DNA of 64,000 bases. It comes from Escherichia coli (GTDB lineage Bacteria > Pseudomonadota > Gammaproteobacteria > Enterobacterales > Enterobacteriaceae). Below, piece after piece: positions 1 to 11,689 of this stretch. The notes under the pieces were generated by a model, which saw only the letters and a program-made list of their open reading frames with translations, had not been told where the DNA came from and searched no databases. The DNA is taken from the NCBI RefSeq assembly GCF_044647545.1, contig NZ_CP172818.1, one strand, 5' to 3'. A program made the position numbers and the translations under genes. Position 1 is the stretch's first letter; each line of letters begins with the position of its first letter.

Positions 1-39
1 GGCTTTAGAGGGCACAGAGAATAGCACGGAAAGAGAGCA

Positions 40-55
40 AGGAAAACGGTTGCGT
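40..55 (-). promoter_or_regulatory. PurR operator-like site (read on minus strand: ACGCAACCGTTTTCCT) in the purE promoter region; purE itself lies beyond the window start
   Basis: Close match to the PurR box consensus ACGCAAACGTTTTCNT; position upstream of where purE is expected from gene order. Confidence 0.45.
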
Positions 56-85
56 GGCTGTGAAATCAGCAAAGTTGCGGGTTTT

Positions 86-808
86 TTAAAAAGGAAAATG
101 AATCAGCTCAACGTCATCCGCCGTGACTTTTACCATTGAACCTTCAGTATGCCAGGCACCCAGCACGACGCGGAAAGCAGGTTGCTGATTGGCGATAAGT
201 TCATGTACTGCCGGGCGATGGGTATGCCCGTGAATCAGCCATTGCACCTGATGTTTTTCCATCGCACTGACCACCGCGTTTTGGTTAACGTCCATGATCG
301 CCAGCGATTTACTGCTGTTGGCTTCTTTGCTGTTCGCTCGCATTCGCGCGGCAATGCGTTTGCGCACAAACAACGGCAGGGCGAGGAATAGCGTTTGCAG
401 CCAGGGTTTGTGGACTTTGGCGCGAAAAGCCTGATAACCGGCGTCATCGGTGCACAGCGTGTCGCCATGCATAATCAATACCCGGCGACCATACAGTTCG
501 AGCACCTTTTCTTCCGGCAATAACGTCATGCCGCTTTCACGGGCAAAGCGTTTGCCGAGCAGAAAATCACGGTTGCCATGAATGAAATAACAGGGAACAC
601 CGGAATCGGACACCGCTTTGATCGCTGCCGCCATCTGGCGATGGAGTGGGTTGGGATCGTCGTCGCCAATCCACGCTTCAAACAGATCGCCAAGAATATA
701 CAGCGCGTCGGCCTTGCGGGCTTCCCCCGCTAAAAAACGCAGAAAACCGGCGGTGATCGCCGGTTCTTCCGCGCAGAGATGAAGATCTGCAATAAAGAGT
801 GTCGCCAC
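86..808 (-). CDS. lpxH: UDP-2,3-diacylglucosamine hydrolase LpxH
   Basis: 240-aa ORF with calcineurin-like phosphoesterase motifs (DLHL, GDLFE, GNRD, GHTH); recognised sequence. Confidence 0.92.
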   Translation of the reverse strand: MATLFIADLHLCAEEPAITAGFLRFLAGEARKADALYILGDLFEAWIGDDDPNPLHRQMAAAIKAVSDSGVPCYFIHGNRDFLLGKRFARESGMTLLPEEKVLELYGRRVLIMHGDTLCTDDAGYQAFRAKVHKPWLQTLFLALPLFVRKRIAARMRANSKEANSSKSLAIMDVNQNAVVSAMEKHQVQWLIHGHTHRPAVHELIANQQPAFRVVLGAWHTEGSMVKVTADDVELIHFPF

Positions 809-810
809 GA

Positions 811-1305
811 TTACTCGCTAACGGTCACGCTTTCAATGATAACGTCTTCTTTTGGCACGTCCTGGTGCATACCGCTACGACCGGTTGCCACACCTTTGAT
901 TTTGTCTACCACGTCCATGCCTTCAACCACTTCAGCAAACACGCAGTAACCCCAACCTTGCAGGCTTTCGCCAGAGAAGTTCAGGAAGTCGTTATCAACC
1001 ACGTTGATGAAGAACTGTGCAGTTGCAGAGTGCGGTGCCTGAGTACGGGCCATTGCCAGTGTACCACGGGTATTTTTCAGACCGTTGTTGGCTTCGTTTT
1101 TGATCGGTTCTTTGGTGGCTTTTTGTTTCATGCCCGGTTCAAAACCGCCGCCCTGAATCATAAAGCCGTTGATAACACGGTGGAAAATGGTGTTGTTGTA
1201 AAAACCTTCGCGGCAGTAGTCCAGGAAGTTTTTAACTGTTTCAGGTGCTTTATCGTCAAAAGTTTTGATGACAATATCGCCGTGATTGGTGTGGAAAGTA
1301 ACCAT
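811..1305 (-). CDS. ppiB: peptidyl-prolyl cis-trans isomerase B (cyclophilin)
   Basis: 164-aa ORF, cyclophilin family signature; recognised sequence. Confidence 0.93.
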   Translation of the reverse strand: MVTFHTNHGDIVIKTFDDKAPETVKNFLDYCREGFYNNTIFHRVINGFMIQGGGFEPGMKQKATKEPIKNEANNGLKNTRGTLAMARTQAPHSATAQFFINVVDNDFLNFSGESLQGWGYCVFAEVVEGMDVVDKIKGVATGRSGMHQDVPKEDVIIESVTVSE

Positions 1306-1478
1306 TTTTGCATCCTGTTCCGTTTGATTGGTGCTTCAACCCGGTTCGGGTCATATATAGGGTGGTGTTATAGCATAACCGCACGATCGGATCATCACGC
1401 AATGTATGCTGATTCGCGCGGGAAATATGGGTATTATACGCAACTCAATTACCCACACATGTCTAAACGGAATCTTCG

Positions 1479-2864
1479 ATGCTAAAAATCTTCAATACTC
1501 TGACACGCCAAAAAGAGGAATTTAAGCCTATTCACGCCGGGGAAGTCGGCATGTACGTGTGTGGAATCACCGTTTACGATCTCTGTCATATCGGTCACGG
1601 GCGTACCTTTGTTGCTTTTGACGTGGTTGCGCGCTATCTGCGTTTCCTCGGCTATAAGCTGAAGTATGTGCGCAACATTACCGATATCGACGACAAAATC
1701 ATCAAACGCGCCAATGAAAATGGCGAAAGCTTTGTAGCGCTGGTGGATCGCATGATCGCCGAAATGCACAAAGATTTTGATGCTTTGAATATTCTGCGCC
1801 CGGATATGGAGCCGCGCGCGACGCACCATATCGCAGAAATTATTGAACTCACTGAACAACTGATCGCCAAAGGTCACGCGTATGTGGCGGACAACGGCGA
1901 CGTGATGTTCGACGTCCCGACCGATCCGACCTATGGCGTGCTGTCGCGTCAGGATCTCGACCAGCTGCAGGCAGGCGCGCGCGTTGACGTGGTCGACGAC
2001 AAACGCAACCCGATGGACTTCGTTCTGTGGAAGATGTCGAAAGAGGGCGAACCGAGCTGGCCGTCTCCGTGGGGCGCGGGCCGTCCTGGCTGGCACATTG
2101 AGTGTTCGGCAATGAACTGCAAACAGTTGGGTAACCACTTTGATATCCACGGCGGCGGTTCTGACCTGATGTTCCCGCACCACGAAAACGAAATCGCGCA
2201 GTCCACCTGTGCCCATGATGGCCAGTATGTGAACTACTGGATGCACTCCGGAATGGTGATGGTTGACCGCGAGAAGATGTCCAAATCGCTGGGTAACTTC
2301 TTTACCGTGCGCGATGTGCTGAAATACTACGACGCGGAAACCGTGCGTTACTTCCTGATGTCGGGCCACTATCGCAGCCAGCTGAACTACAGCGAAGAGA
2401 ACCTGAAGCAGGCGCGTGCGGCGCTGGAGCGTCTCTACACTGCGCTGCGCGGCACAGATAAAACTGTTGCGCCTGCCGGTGGCGAAGCGTTTGAAGCGCG
2501 CTTTATTGAAGCGATGGACGACGATTTCAACACCCCGGAAGCCTATTCCGTGCTGTTTGATATGGCCCGTGAAGTGAACCGTCTGAAAGCAGAAGATATG
2601 GCAGCGGCGAATGCAATGGCATCTCACCTGCGTAAACTTTCCGCCGTATTGGGCCTGCTGGAGCAAGAACCAGAAGCGTTCCTGCAAAGCGGCGCGCAGG
2701 CAGACGACAGCGAAGTGGCTGAGATTGAAGCGTTAATTCAACAGCGTCTGGATGCCCGTAAAGCGAAAGACTGGGCGGCGGCAGATGCGGCGCGTGATCG
2801 TCTTAACGAGATGGGGATCGTGCTGGAAGATGGCCCGCAAGGGACCACCTGGCGTCGTAAGTAA
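1479..2864 (+). CDS. cysS: cysteine--tRNA ligase
   Basis: 461-aa ORF with class I aaRS HIGH and KMSKS motifs. Confidence 0.95.
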
Positions 2865-2875
2865 TTGCGCTATTG

Positions 2876-2899
2876 CCGGATGCGAGTTTTCGCATCCGG
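2876..2899. terminator. 9-bp stem hairpin (CCGGATGCG / CGCATCCGG) between convergent cysS and ybcI; possible bidirectional terminator or REP-like element
   Basis: Perfect inverted repeat seen in sequence; no strong T-run, so terminator role is tentative. Confidence 0.4.
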
Positions 2900-3421
2900 T
2901 TATCGCCTGCGCCACCACAACATTCCCATCAGTAGCATCCCCGGCAACCACACCCACATTAATTCAGAAATAATCACCTGATGCCCGTACGGCGTGGTGT
3001 AACGAGACAATGCAAACGGCGCGACTTTAATCACCTGCCAGGGAGCGAAAAAGCGTTCATCTGACCACGGCCACAGCCAGCCAACCCCTTTACCGCCAGT
3101 GGTTACCGAATCCAGCAAGCTGTGCGATAGCAACGAGACGGTTAAAAACAGCCAGCAGCGAATCAGCCCAGCCCTGAACCATCGACGTCCAATCAGCACA
3201 CATAACAGCGGGACAACAAACGCAAACACCAACGAATGGGTAAACCCGCGATGACCAAAAACATTGCCGTAAGCAACGCCAAATTTAAATGACAATACGT
3301 CGGCATCGGGCAGCATCGCCAGGACGATTCCGGCAAATAACAGGCGCGGAGGGATGACTTTTGAACCCAACCCTAAACCAATGCAAAGGGGAACGGCGGC
3401 GTGCGTAATAACGGTTGGCAT
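2900..3421 (-). CDS. ybcI: inner-membrane metal-dependent hydrolase family protein YbcI
   Basis: 173-aa hydrophobic ORF; recognised sequence and gene order. Confidence 0.8.
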   Translation of the reverse strand: MPTVITHAAVPLCIGLGLGSKVIPPRLLFAGIVLAMLPDADVLSFKFGVAYGNVFGHRGFTHSLVFAFVVPLLCVLIGRRWFRAGLIRCWLFLTVSLLSHSLLDSVTTGGKGVGWLWPWSDERFFAPWQVIKVAPFALSRYTTPYGHQVIISELMWVWLPGMLLMGMLWWRRR

Positions 3422-3489
3422 GATGATCGCTTCGGCAAAATATCGATGCTATCAGCATGGATGAACGAGGCGTAGGGGGCAACAGTCTG

Positions 3490-3520
3490 AAAAGAGAACC
3501 GGCCTGTTGATACAGGCCGG
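3490..3520 (-). terminator. rho-independent terminator downstream of ybcJ-folD (minus strand)
   Basis: 8-bp GC-rich stem (CCGGCCTG / CAGGCCGG) followed on the minus strand by TTCTCTTTT. Confidence 0.5.
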
Positions 3521-3528
3521 GAAAGGGA

Positions 3529-3741
3529 TCAGGCAACAACCTGTACGCTGTGACCTGCAAAACTTACTGTCTGCCCGGCGACAATTTTGCAGCGTTTGCG
3601 CGTTTCAACCGCACCGTCGACTTTCACCTGGCCTTCGGCAATCGCGATTTTCGCCTGCGCGCCGCTTTCGCTCCAGCCTTCCAGTTTCAGCAAGTCGCAC
3701 AGCTCAACGTGCGGATGTTTACCTAAAGAAAATGTCGCCAT
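3529..3741 (-). CDS. ybcJ: S4-like RNA-binding protein YbcJ
   Basis: 70-aa ORF starting MATFSLGKHPHVEL; the ORF track extends it 18 codons upstream into folD, which is unlikely to be real. Confidence 0.8.
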   Translation of the reverse strand: MATFSLGKHPHVELCDLLKLEGWSESGAQAKIAIAEGQVKVDGAVETRKRCKIVAGQTVSFAGHSVQVVA

Positions 3742-3742
3742 G

Positions 3743-4609
3743 TTACTCACCCTGTGGATCATGATATTCAACGCACGCCTGTAGCGTGTTTTCAATCAGC
3801 GTGGCAACCGTCATCGGGCCAACGCCGCCGGGAACAGGCGTAATGTATGAGGCGCGTTTAGCCGCGTCTTCAAACACGACGTCGCCCACAACTTTGCCAT
3901 TTTCCAGACGGTTGATGCCGACATCAATCACAATTGCGCCTTCTTTGATCCAGTCACCAGGAATAAAGCCCGGCTTGCCGACGGCAACGATCAGTAGATC
4001 GGCATTTTCTACGTGGTGACGCAGATTTTTAGTGAAACGGTGAGTCACGGTGGTGGTGCAACCTGCCAGTAGCAGTTCCATGCTCATCGGGCGGCCAACG
4101 ATATTCGATGCGCCAATCACCACGGCGTTGAGGCCGAAGGTATCAATATTGTAACGCTCAAGCAGCGTGACAATACCGCGCGGGGTGCAGGGACGCAGAC
4201 GCGGCGCGCGCTGGCACAGGCGACCGACGTTATAAGGATGGAAACCGTCTACGTCTTTGTCCGGATGAATACGTTCCAGCACTTTGACGTTATCAATACC
4301 CGCCGGTAACGGCAGTTGAACCAGAATGCCATCGATGGTGTTGTCGGCATTCAGCGCATCGATAAGCTCCAACAGCTCCGCTTCGCTGGTGGTTTCCGGG
4401 AGGTCATAAGAGCGGGAGACGAACCCGACTTCTTCACAAGCCTTGCGTTTGCTTGCGACATAAATTTGCGATGCAGGGTTACTACCCACCAGCACAACGG
4501 CCAGTCCTGGTGCCCGCAGTCCGGCTGCAATACGCGCCTGAACTTTTTGAGCAACTTCAGAGCGCACCTGCTGCGCAATCGTTTTACCGTCAATAATCTT
4601 TGCTGCCAT
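3743..4609 (-). CDS. folD: bifunctional methylenetetrahydrofolate dehydrogenase / methenyl-THF cyclohydrolase
   Basis: 288-aa ORF; recognised sequence. Confidence 0.94.
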
Positions 4610-5080
4610 CAGAGAGAGGATTCCATCTGTTACGTAGGTCGAAGGGGATGCGCCTATTTTGTCAGAAGCGGGGCGCGCTGTCAGGTTTCGTTTCAGATTT
4701 ATCGCGTGAAGCGACCTCTTGCGAAGGTGAGGCGCACCGTCGCTGAGATTGAAAGCTTCATTTTTCGTCCATGATGACGTTGTAAATCTGGAACTGATTT
4801 ATTTCCTTGTCTAAGGATTAAGATAATTTAAGAAATACCTGACAATATAAAAAGAATTTTCAGCCTGGTAATTTACCGCTTCAGGTCTATATTTGTGTTG
4901 AATATATTTTGCGCGGAAATATTCATCTAACGGGGCTCTCTATTTTTTAGAATAGAGTGCATATTTTCAATTAAGACATTCTTAGAGGATAAAAAGGAAT
5001 TTTACTACTATCAGTGTCTTAAATAAAGTAATCGGTTATATACGGATGTGGAGTCGATAAATGAGATTGAAGGAATATAT

Positions 5081-5623
5081 ATGAAATTAAGATTTATTTC
5101 GTCTGCGCTGGCCGCCGCACTATTCGCCGCTACGGGTAGTTATGCTGCCGTTGTAGATGGCGGTACAATTCACTTTGAAGGCGAACTGGTGAATGCTGCC
5201 TGTTCAGTGAATACTGACTCGGCAGACCAGGTTGTCACACTCGGTCAATATCGTACCGATATTTTCAATGCTGTTGGTAATACCTCTGCATTAATTCCAT
5301 TCACTATACAGTTGAACGACTGCGATCCTGTCGTTGCCGCTAATGCTGCCGTTGCATTTTCTGGTCAGGCGGATGCAATCAATGATAATTTATTGGCCAT
5401 TGCATCCAGTACTAATACAACAACAGCAACGGGTGTCGGTATTGAAATACTTGATAATACATCCGCAATTCTCAAACCTGATGGGAATAGCTTCTCAACC
5501 AACCAGAACTTGATCCCCGGGACCAACGTTCTTCATTTTTCTGCACGTTATAAAGGTACCGGTACAAGTGCATCAGCAGGGCAAGCAAATGCTGACGCGA
5601 CTTTTATTATGAGATACGAATAA
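5081..5623 (+). CDS. sfmA: type 1-like fimbrial major subunit SfmA
   Basis: 180 aa from MKLRFISS with signal peptide and fimbrial subunit C-terminus; ORF track begins 11 codons upstream. Confidence 0.85.
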   Translation: MKLRFISSALAAALFAATGSYAAVVDGGTIHFEGELVNAACSVNTDSADQVVTLGQYRTDIFNAVGNTSALIPFTIQLNDCDPVVAANAAVAFSGQADAINDNLLAIASSTNTTTATGVGIEILDNTSAILKPDGNSFSTNQNLIPGTNVLHFSARYKGTGTSASAGQANADATFIMRYE

Positions 5624-5842
5624 TCAAAACCACGTTGTTTTGAATTATATATCACGTCTTATAACAAAGTAATGTACCGGTTGTCTGAAGCGGTATGGTG
5701 GCAATGTAAATCGAAATCACGCTCACTTTGTATCATGCCGCTTTATTAAATGAAAAGGGAATGATGTGTTGTAAGAAACCAAAGCAATCATTTCTTTATA
5801 CTCCTTATTTTTGCCGTCAGGAATACACAAGGCGTATTAACT

Positions 5843-6535
5843 ATGATGACTAAAATAAAGTTATTGATGCTCATTATATTTTATTTAATCATTTCGGTCA
5901 GCGCCCATGCTGCCGGAGGGATCGCATTAGGTGCCACGCGTATTATTTATCCCGCTGATGCTAAACAGACTGCGGTATGGATTAGAAATAGCCATACCAA
6001 TGAGCGCTTTCTGGTCAATTCGTGGATTGAAAACAGCAGCGGTGTAAAAGAAAAGTCATTCATCATTACACCGCCACTGTTTGTTAGTGAACCCAAAAGC
6101 GAAAATACTTTGCGTATTATTTACACCGGTCCACCGCTGGCGGCAGATCGTGAGTCTCTGTTCTGGATGAATGTTAAGACGATCCCTTCGGTAGATAAAA
6201 ATGCATTGAACGGCAGGAATGTTTTGCAACTGGCGATTTTATCACGCATGAAATTATTTCTCCGTCCAATTCAATTACAAGAATTACCCGCAGAAGCGCC
6301 GGACACACTCAAGTTTTCGCGATCCGGTAACTATATCAATGTTCATAATCCATCACCTTTTTATGTCACCCTGGTTAACTTGCAAGTGGGCAGCCAAAAA
6401 CTGGGGAATGCTATGGCTGCACCCAGAGTTAATTCACAAATTCCCTTACCCTCAGGAGTGCAGGGAAAGCTGAAATTTCAGACCGTTAATGATTATGGTT
6501 CAGTAACCCCGGTCAGAGAAGTGAACTTAAACTAA
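5843..6535 (+). CDS. sfmC: periplasmic fimbrial chaperone SfmC (PapD-like)
   Basis: 230-aa ORF with signal peptide; chaperone-usher operon context. Confidence 0.88.
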   Translation: MMTKIKLLMLIIFYLIISVSAHAAGGIALGATRIIYPADAKQTAVWIRNSHTNERFLVNSWIENSSGVKEKSFIITPPLFVSEPKSENTLRIIYTGPPLAADRESLFWMNVKTIPSVDKNALNGRNVLQLAILSRMKLFLRPIQLQELPAEAPDTLKFSRSGNYINVHNPSPFYVTLVNLQVGSQKLGNAMAAPRVNSQIPLPSGVQGKLKFQTVNDYGSVTPVREVNLN

Positions 6536-6565
6536 CCGAATCATCTGACAATATCAGAGCTAATT

Positions 6566-9175
6566 ATGAAAATACCCACTACTACGGATATTCCGCAGAG
6601 GTATACCTGGTGTCTGGCCGGAATTTGTTATTCATCTCTTGCCATTTTACCCTCCTTTTTAAGCTATGCGGAAAGTTATTTCAACCCGGCATTTTTATTA
6701 GAGAATGGCACATCCGTTGCTGATTTATCGCACTTTGAGAGAGGTAATCATCAACCTGCGGGCGTGTATCGGGTGGATCTCTGGCGTAATGATGAGTTCA
6801 TTGGTTCACAGGATATCGTATTTGAATCGACGACAGTAAATACAGGTGATAAATCAGGTGGGTTAATGCCTTGTTTTAACCAGGCACTCCTTGAACGAAT
6901 TGGCCTTAATAGCAGTGCATTCCCCGAGTTAGCCCAGCAGCAAAATAATAAATGCATCAATTTACTGAAAGCTGTACCTGATGCCACAATTAACTTTGAT
7001 TTTGCAGCGATGCGCCTGAACATCACTATTCCTCAGATAGCGTTGTTGAGTAGCGCTCACGGTTATATTCCGCCTGAAGAGTGGGATGAAGGTATTCCTG
7101 CTTTACTCCTGAATTATAATTTCACCGGTAACAGAGGTAATGGTAACGATAGCTATTTTTTTAGTGAACTCAGCGGGATTAATATTGGCCCGTGGCGTTT
7201 ACGCAACAATGGTTCCTGGAATTATTTTCGCGGAAATGGATATCATTCAGAACAGTGGAATAATATTGGCACCTGGGTACAGCGCGCCATTATTCCGCTG
7301 AAAAGTGAACTGGTAATGGGAGACGGTAATACAGGGAGTGATATTTTCGATGGCGTTGGATTTCGAGGTGTACGGCTTTATTCTTCCGATAATATGTATC
7401 CTGATAGCCAGCAGGGATTTGCTCCAACGGTACGTGGGATTGCCCGTACGGCGGCCCAGCTAACGATTCGGCAAAATGGTTTTATTATCTATCAAAGCTA
7501 TGTTTCCCCCGGCGCTTTTGAAATTACAGATTTGCACCCGACATCTTCAAATGGCGATCTGGACGTCACCATCGACGAGCGTGATGGTAATCAGCAGAAT
7601 TACACGATTCCGTATTCAACAGTGCCAATTTTACAACGCGAAGGGCGTTTCAAATTTGACCTGACGGCGGGCGATTTTCGTAGCGGTAATAGTCAGCAAT
7701 CGTCGCCTTTCTTTTTTCAGGGCACGGCACTCGGCGGTTTACCACAGGAATTTACTGCCTACGGCGGGACGCAATTATCTGCAAATTACACCGCCTTTTT
7801 GTTAGGGCTGGGGCGCAACCTCGGGAACTGGGGCGCAGTGTCGCTGGATGTAACGCATGCGCGCAGTCAGTTAGCCGACGACAGTCGTCATGAGGGGGAT
7901 TCCATTCGCTTCCTCTATGCGAAATCAATGAACACTTTCGGCACCAATTTTCAGTTAATGGGTTACCGCTATTCGACACAAGGTTTTTATACTCTTGATG
8001 ATGTTGCGTATCGTCGAATGGAGGGGTACGAATATGATTACGATTATGACGGTGAGCATCGCGATGAACCGATAATCGTGAATTACCACAATTTACGCTT
8101 TAGTCGTAAAGACCGTTTGCAGTTAAATATTTCACAATCACTTAATGACTTTGGCTCGCTTTATATTTCTGGTACCCATCAAAAATACTGGAATACTTCG
8201 GATTCAGATACCTGGTATCAGGTGGGGTATACCAGCAGCTGGGTTGGCATCAGTTATTCACTCTCATTTTCGTGGAATGAATCTGTAGGGATCCCCGATA
8301 ACGAACGTATTGTCGGACTTAATGTTTCAGTGCCTTTCAATGTTCTGACCAAACGTCGCTACACCCGGGAAAATGCGCTCGACCGCGCTTATGCCTCCTT
8401 TAACGCCAACCGTAACAGCAACGGGCAAAATAGCTGGCTGGCAGGCGTTGGTGGGACCTTACTGGAAGGCCACAACCTGAGTTATCACGTAAGCCAGGGC
8501 GATACCTCGAATAATGGGTATACGGGCAGCGCCACGGCAAACTGGCAGGCCGCTTACGGTACGCTGGGGGTCGGGTATAACTACGACCGCGATCAACATG
8601 ACGTTAACTGGCAGCTGTCTGGCGGTGTGGTCGGGCATGAAAATGGTATAACGCTGAGCCAGCCTTTAGGGGATACCAATGTTTTGATTAAAGCGCCAGG
8701 CGCAGGCGGTGTACGCATTGAAAATCAAACTGGAATTTTAACCGACTGGCGCGGCTATGCGGTGATGCCGTATGCCACGGTTTATCGGTATAACCGTATC
8801 GCGCTTGATACCAATACGATGGGGAATTCCATCGATGTTGAAAAAAATATTAGCAGCGTTGTGCCGACGCAAGGCGCGTTGGTTCGTGCCAATTTTGATA
8901 CCCGCATAGGCGTGCGGGCGCTCATTACCGTTACCCAGGGCGGAAAACCGGTGCCGTTTGGATCACTGGTACGGGAAAACAGTACCGGAATAACCAGTAT
9001 GGTGGGTGATGACGGGCAAGTTTATTTAAGCGGTGCGCCATTGTCTGGTGAATTACTGGTTCAGTGGGGAGACGGCGCGAACTCACGCTGCATAGCGCAC
9101 TATGTATTGCCGAAGCAAAGCTTACAGCAAGCCGTCACTGTTATTTCGGCAGTTTGCACACATCCTGGCTCATAA
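6566..9175 (+). CDS. sfmD: outer-membrane fimbrial usher SfmD
   Basis: 869-aa ORF; usher family size and operon position. Confidence 0.9.
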   Translation: MKIPTTTDIPQRYTWCLAGICYSSLAILPSFLSYAESYFNPAFLLENGTSVADLSHFERGNHQPAGVYRVDLWRNDEFIGSQDIVFESTTVNTGDKSGGLMPCFNQALLERIGLNSSAFPELAQQQNNKCINLLKAVPDATINFDFAAMRLNITIPQIALLSSAHGYIPPEEWDEGIPALLLNYNFTGNRGNGNDSYFFSELSGINIGPWRLRNNGSWNYFRGNGYHSEQWNNIGTWVQRAIIPLKSELVMGDGNTGSDIFDGVGFRGVRLYSSDNMYPDSQQGFAPTVRGIARTAAQLTIRQNGFIIYQSYVSPGAFEITDLHPTSSNGDLDVTIDERDGNQQNYTIPYSTVPILQREGRFKFDLTAGDFRSGNSQQSSPFFFQGTALGGLPQEFTAYGGTQLSANYTAFLLGLGRNLGNWGAVSLDVTHARSQLADDSRHEGDSIRFLYAKSMNTFGTNFQLMGYRYSTQGFYTLDDVAYRRMEGYEYDYDYDGEHRDEPIIVNYHNLRFSRKDRLQLNISQSLNDFGSLYISGTHQKYWNTSDSDTWYQVGYTSSWVGISYSLSFSWNESVGIPDNERIVGLNVSVPFNVLTKRRYTRENALDRAYASFNANRNSNGQNSWLAGVGGTLLEGHNLSYHVSQGDTSNNGYTGSATANWQAAYGTLGVGYNYDRDQHDVNWQLSGGVVGHENGITLSQPLGDTNVLIKAPGAGGVRIENQTGILTDWRGYAVMPYATVYRYNRIALDTNTMGNSIDVEKNISSVVPTQGALVRANFDTRIGVRALITVTQGGKPVPFGSLVRENSTGITSMVGDDGQVYLSGAPLSGELLVQWGDGANSRCIAHYVLPKQSLQQAVTVISAVCTHPGS

Positions 9176-9187
9176 AGGAAATTATCA

Positions 9188-10195
9188 ATGAAGATAATCT
9201 GCAGATTATTATTGGCGATGGCATGTTTGTGGTTAACAAACATATCCTGGGCTACTGTTTGTGCAAATAGTACTGGCGTAGCAGAAGATGAACACTATGA
9301 TCTCTCAAATGTCTTTAATAGCACCAATAACCAGCCAGGGCAGATTGTTGTTTTACCGGAAAAATCCGGCTGGGTAGGTGTATCAGCAATTTGTCCACCC
9401 GGCACGCTGGTGAATTATACATACCGTAGTTATGTCACCAACTTTATTGTTCAGGAAACTATCGATAATTATAAATATATGCAATTAAATGATTATCTAT
9501 TAGGTGCGATGAGTCTGGTTGATAGCGTGATGGATATTCAATTCCCTCCGCAAAATTATATTCGTATGGGAACAGATCCTAACGTTTCGCAAAACCTTCC
9601 GTTCGGGGTGATGGATTCTCGTTTGATATTTCGTTTAAAGGTTATTCGTCCCTTTATTAACATGGTGGAGATCCCCAGACAGGTGATGTTTACCGTGTAT
9701 GTGACATCAACGCCTAACGATCCGTTGGTTACACCTGTTTATACCATTAGTTTTGGTGGCCGGGTTGAAGTACCGCAAAACTGCGAATTAAATGCCGGGC
9801 AAATTGTTGAATTTGATTTTGGTGATATCGGCGCATCGTTATTTAGTGCGGCAGGGCCGGGGAATCGACCAGCTGGTGTCATGCCGCAAACCAAGAGCAT
9901 TGCGATCAAATGTACGAATGTTGCTGCGCAGGCTTATTTAACAATGCGTCTGGAAGCCAGTGCCGTTTCTGGTCAGGCGATGGTGTCGGACAATCAGGAT
10001 TTAGGTTTTATTGTGGCCGATCAGAACGATACGCCGATCACGCCTAACGATCTCAATAGCGTTATTCCTTTCCGTCTGGATGCAGCTGCGGCAGCCAATG
10101 TCACACTTCGCGCCTGGCCTATCAGTATTACCGGTCAAAAACCGACCGAAGGGCCGTTTAGCGCGCTGGGGTATTTACGCGTCGATTATCAATGA
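9188..10195 (+). CDS. sfmH: fimbrial adhesin-like protein SfmH
   Basis: 335-aa ORF with signal peptide; exact start codon uncertain. Confidence 0.8.
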   Translation: MKIICRLLLAMACLWLTNISWATVCANSTGVAEDEHYDLSNVFNSTNNQPGQIVVLPEKSGWVGVSAICPPGTLVNYTYRSYVTNFIVQETIDNYKYMQLNDYLLGAMSLVDSVMDIQFPPQNYIRMGTDPNVSQNLPFGVMDSRLIFRLKVIRPFINMVEIPRQVMFTVYVTSTPNDPLVTPVYTISFGGRVEVPQNCELNAGQIVEFDFGDIGASLFSAAGPGNRPAGVMPQTKSIAIKCTNVAAQAYLTMRLEASAVSGQAMVSDNQDLGFIVADQNDTPITPNDLNSVIPFRLDAAAAANVTLRAWPISITGQKPTEGPFSALGYLRVDYQ

Positions 10196-10205
10196 GGTAC
10201 GGAGA

Positions 10206-10721
10206 ATGAGAAGAGTACTCTTTAGCTGTTTCTGCGGGCTACTGTGGAGTTCCAGTGGATGGGCAGTTGACCCTTTAGGAACGATTAATATCAATTTGCA
10301 CGGTAACGTTGTTGATTTCTCCTGTACCGTAAACACAGCGGATAAGGATAAGACGGTAGATTTAGGCAGATGGCCTACGACACAATTACTGAGCGCTGGC
10401 GATACCACGGCACTCGTCCCTTTTAGCCTGCGGCTGGAGGGATGTCCTCCGGGTTCAGTTGCGATTTTATTTACGGGAACGCCGGCATCTGATGCCAACC
10501 TGCTGGCTCTGGATGATCCCGCAATGGCACAAACCGTCGCCATCGAATTACGTAATAGCGATCGCTCCCGGCTCGCACTGGGGGAGGCGAGCTCGACTGA
10601 GGAAGTTGATGCAAATGGCAATGTCACACTAAACTTTTTTGCCAATTATCGAGCGTTAGCCAGCGGTGTTCAGCCTGGTGTGGCGAAAGCGGATGCGATA
10701 TTTATGATCAATTATAATTAA
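10206..10721 (+). CDS. sfmF: fimbrial minor subunit SfmF
   Basis: 171 aa from MRRVLFSCF; the longer ORF-track N-terminus overlaps sfmH and is rejected. Confidence 0.8.
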   Translation: MRRVLFSCFCGLLWSSSGWAVDPLGTININLHGNVVDFSCTVNTADKDKTVDLGRWPTTQLLSAGDTTALVPFSLRLEGCPPGSVAILFTGTPASDANLLALDDPAMAQTVAIELRNSDRSRLALGEASSTEEVDANGNVTLNFFANYRALASGVQPGVAKADAIFMINYN

Positions 10722-10723
10722 TA

Positions 10724-11356
10724 TTATATTAATTCATATAATTTGGCGTAGTCGATAAGCTCTACAATTGAATGCAAACCTAGCTTGCCATAAATATTAG
10801 ATTTATGTGCACTAACTGTTTTATTGCTAAGTAATAACTTATCGGCAATTTCTTTATTAGATAATCCGCTAACCAGATAACGTAATATGGTTACTTCACG
10901 ATTAGATAGCACAGTGACCGTTGAACTATTCGTACTACATTTATTGCTTTTTATATAGTTGAGCGTTTCGCTGGGAAAAAAAGTGTATCCGGAGAGAATC
11001 ATCTGAACGGCATGAAAAATATCATTCTGATCATTGCATTTACTGACAAAACCGTTAGCACCAGCTTGTATCGCTCTGCCAGCATAAAAGCATTCTGATT
11101 TCGATGATAAAAATAATACTTTCACTGTACTCTGAATTTGTTTGATCCTTTTTAGGAAGGTAAAACCGTCTGTACCGGGCAAGTCTATATCCATAATGAT
11201 TAAATCAACAGGACGGGTTCGGAGATAATCGATGGTTATGCGGTAATCATCCGTTTTCAGGACAATCTGCAATTCACTGTTTTTTTGCAACAGAACTTCA
11301 ATAGACATTCTGATGATAGGATGAGTATCCATAATGATCACCGACGTTGGTTTCAT
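10724..11356 (-). CDS. fimZ: LuxR/FixJ-type response regulator FimZ
   Basis: 210 aa from MKPTSVIIMD; receiver domain plus C-terminal helix-turn-helix. Confidence 0.88.
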   Translation of the reverse strand: MKPTSVIIMDTHPIIRMSIEVLLQKNSELQIVLKTDDYRITIDYLRTRPVDLIIMDIDLPGTDGFTFLKRIKQIQSTVKVLFLSSKSECFYAGRAIQAGANGFVSKCNDQNDIFHAVQMILSGYTFFPSETLNYIKSNKCSTNSSTVTVLSNREVTILRYLVSGLSNKEIADKLLLSNKTVSAHKSNIYGKLGLHSIVELIDYAKLYELI

Positions 11357-11538
11357 AGTTACCAGTCTCATTGGATCGGACAATTTTCCGTTAGGGCGGT
11401 AAATTGTACTTGATACATGAAAATACGGGTTTTCCTGATTCAGACGCGCAGCGGTGTGCGTTTGTTTGCCGCTATAACGAAATAAATCAGAAAATCAGAC
11501 GCGGTCGTTCACTTGTTCAGCAACCAGATCAAAAGCCA

Positions 11539-11566
11539 TTGACTCAGCAAGGGTTGACCGTATAAT
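11539..11566 (+). promoter_or_regulatory. candidate sigma-70 promoter of argU (-35 TTGACT, 16-bp spacer, -10 TATAAT)
   Basis: Near-consensus hexamers about 30 bp upstream of the tRNA 5' end. Confidence 0.5.
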
Positions 11567-11597
11567 TCACGCGATTACACCGCATTGCGGTATCAAC

Positions 11598-11674
11598 GCG
11601 CCCTTAGCTCAGTTGGATAGAGCAACGACCTTCTAAGTCGTGGGCCGCAGGTTCGAATCCTGCAGGGCGCGCCA
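11598..11674 (+). tRNA. argU: tRNA-Arg (anticodon UCU), ending in CCA
   Basis: 77-nt sequence GCGCCCTTAGCTCAGTTGGATAGAGCAACGACCTTCTAAGTCGTGGGCCGCAGGTTCGAATCCTGCAGGGCGCGCCA; cloverleaf-compatible; recognised argU. Confidence 0.95.
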
Positions 11675-11689
11675 TTACAATTCAATCAG

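Noticed and set aside
799-1485. 228-aa ORF antisense to ppiB
   Set aside because: Fully overlaps ppiB on the opposite strand; Cys/His-rich low-complexity translation typical of antisense artefacts.
1482-2687. 401-aa ORF antisense to cysS
   Set aside because: Lies entirely within and opposite the well-conserved cysS reading frame; long antisense ORFs are common in GC-rich genes and it has no recognisable domain.
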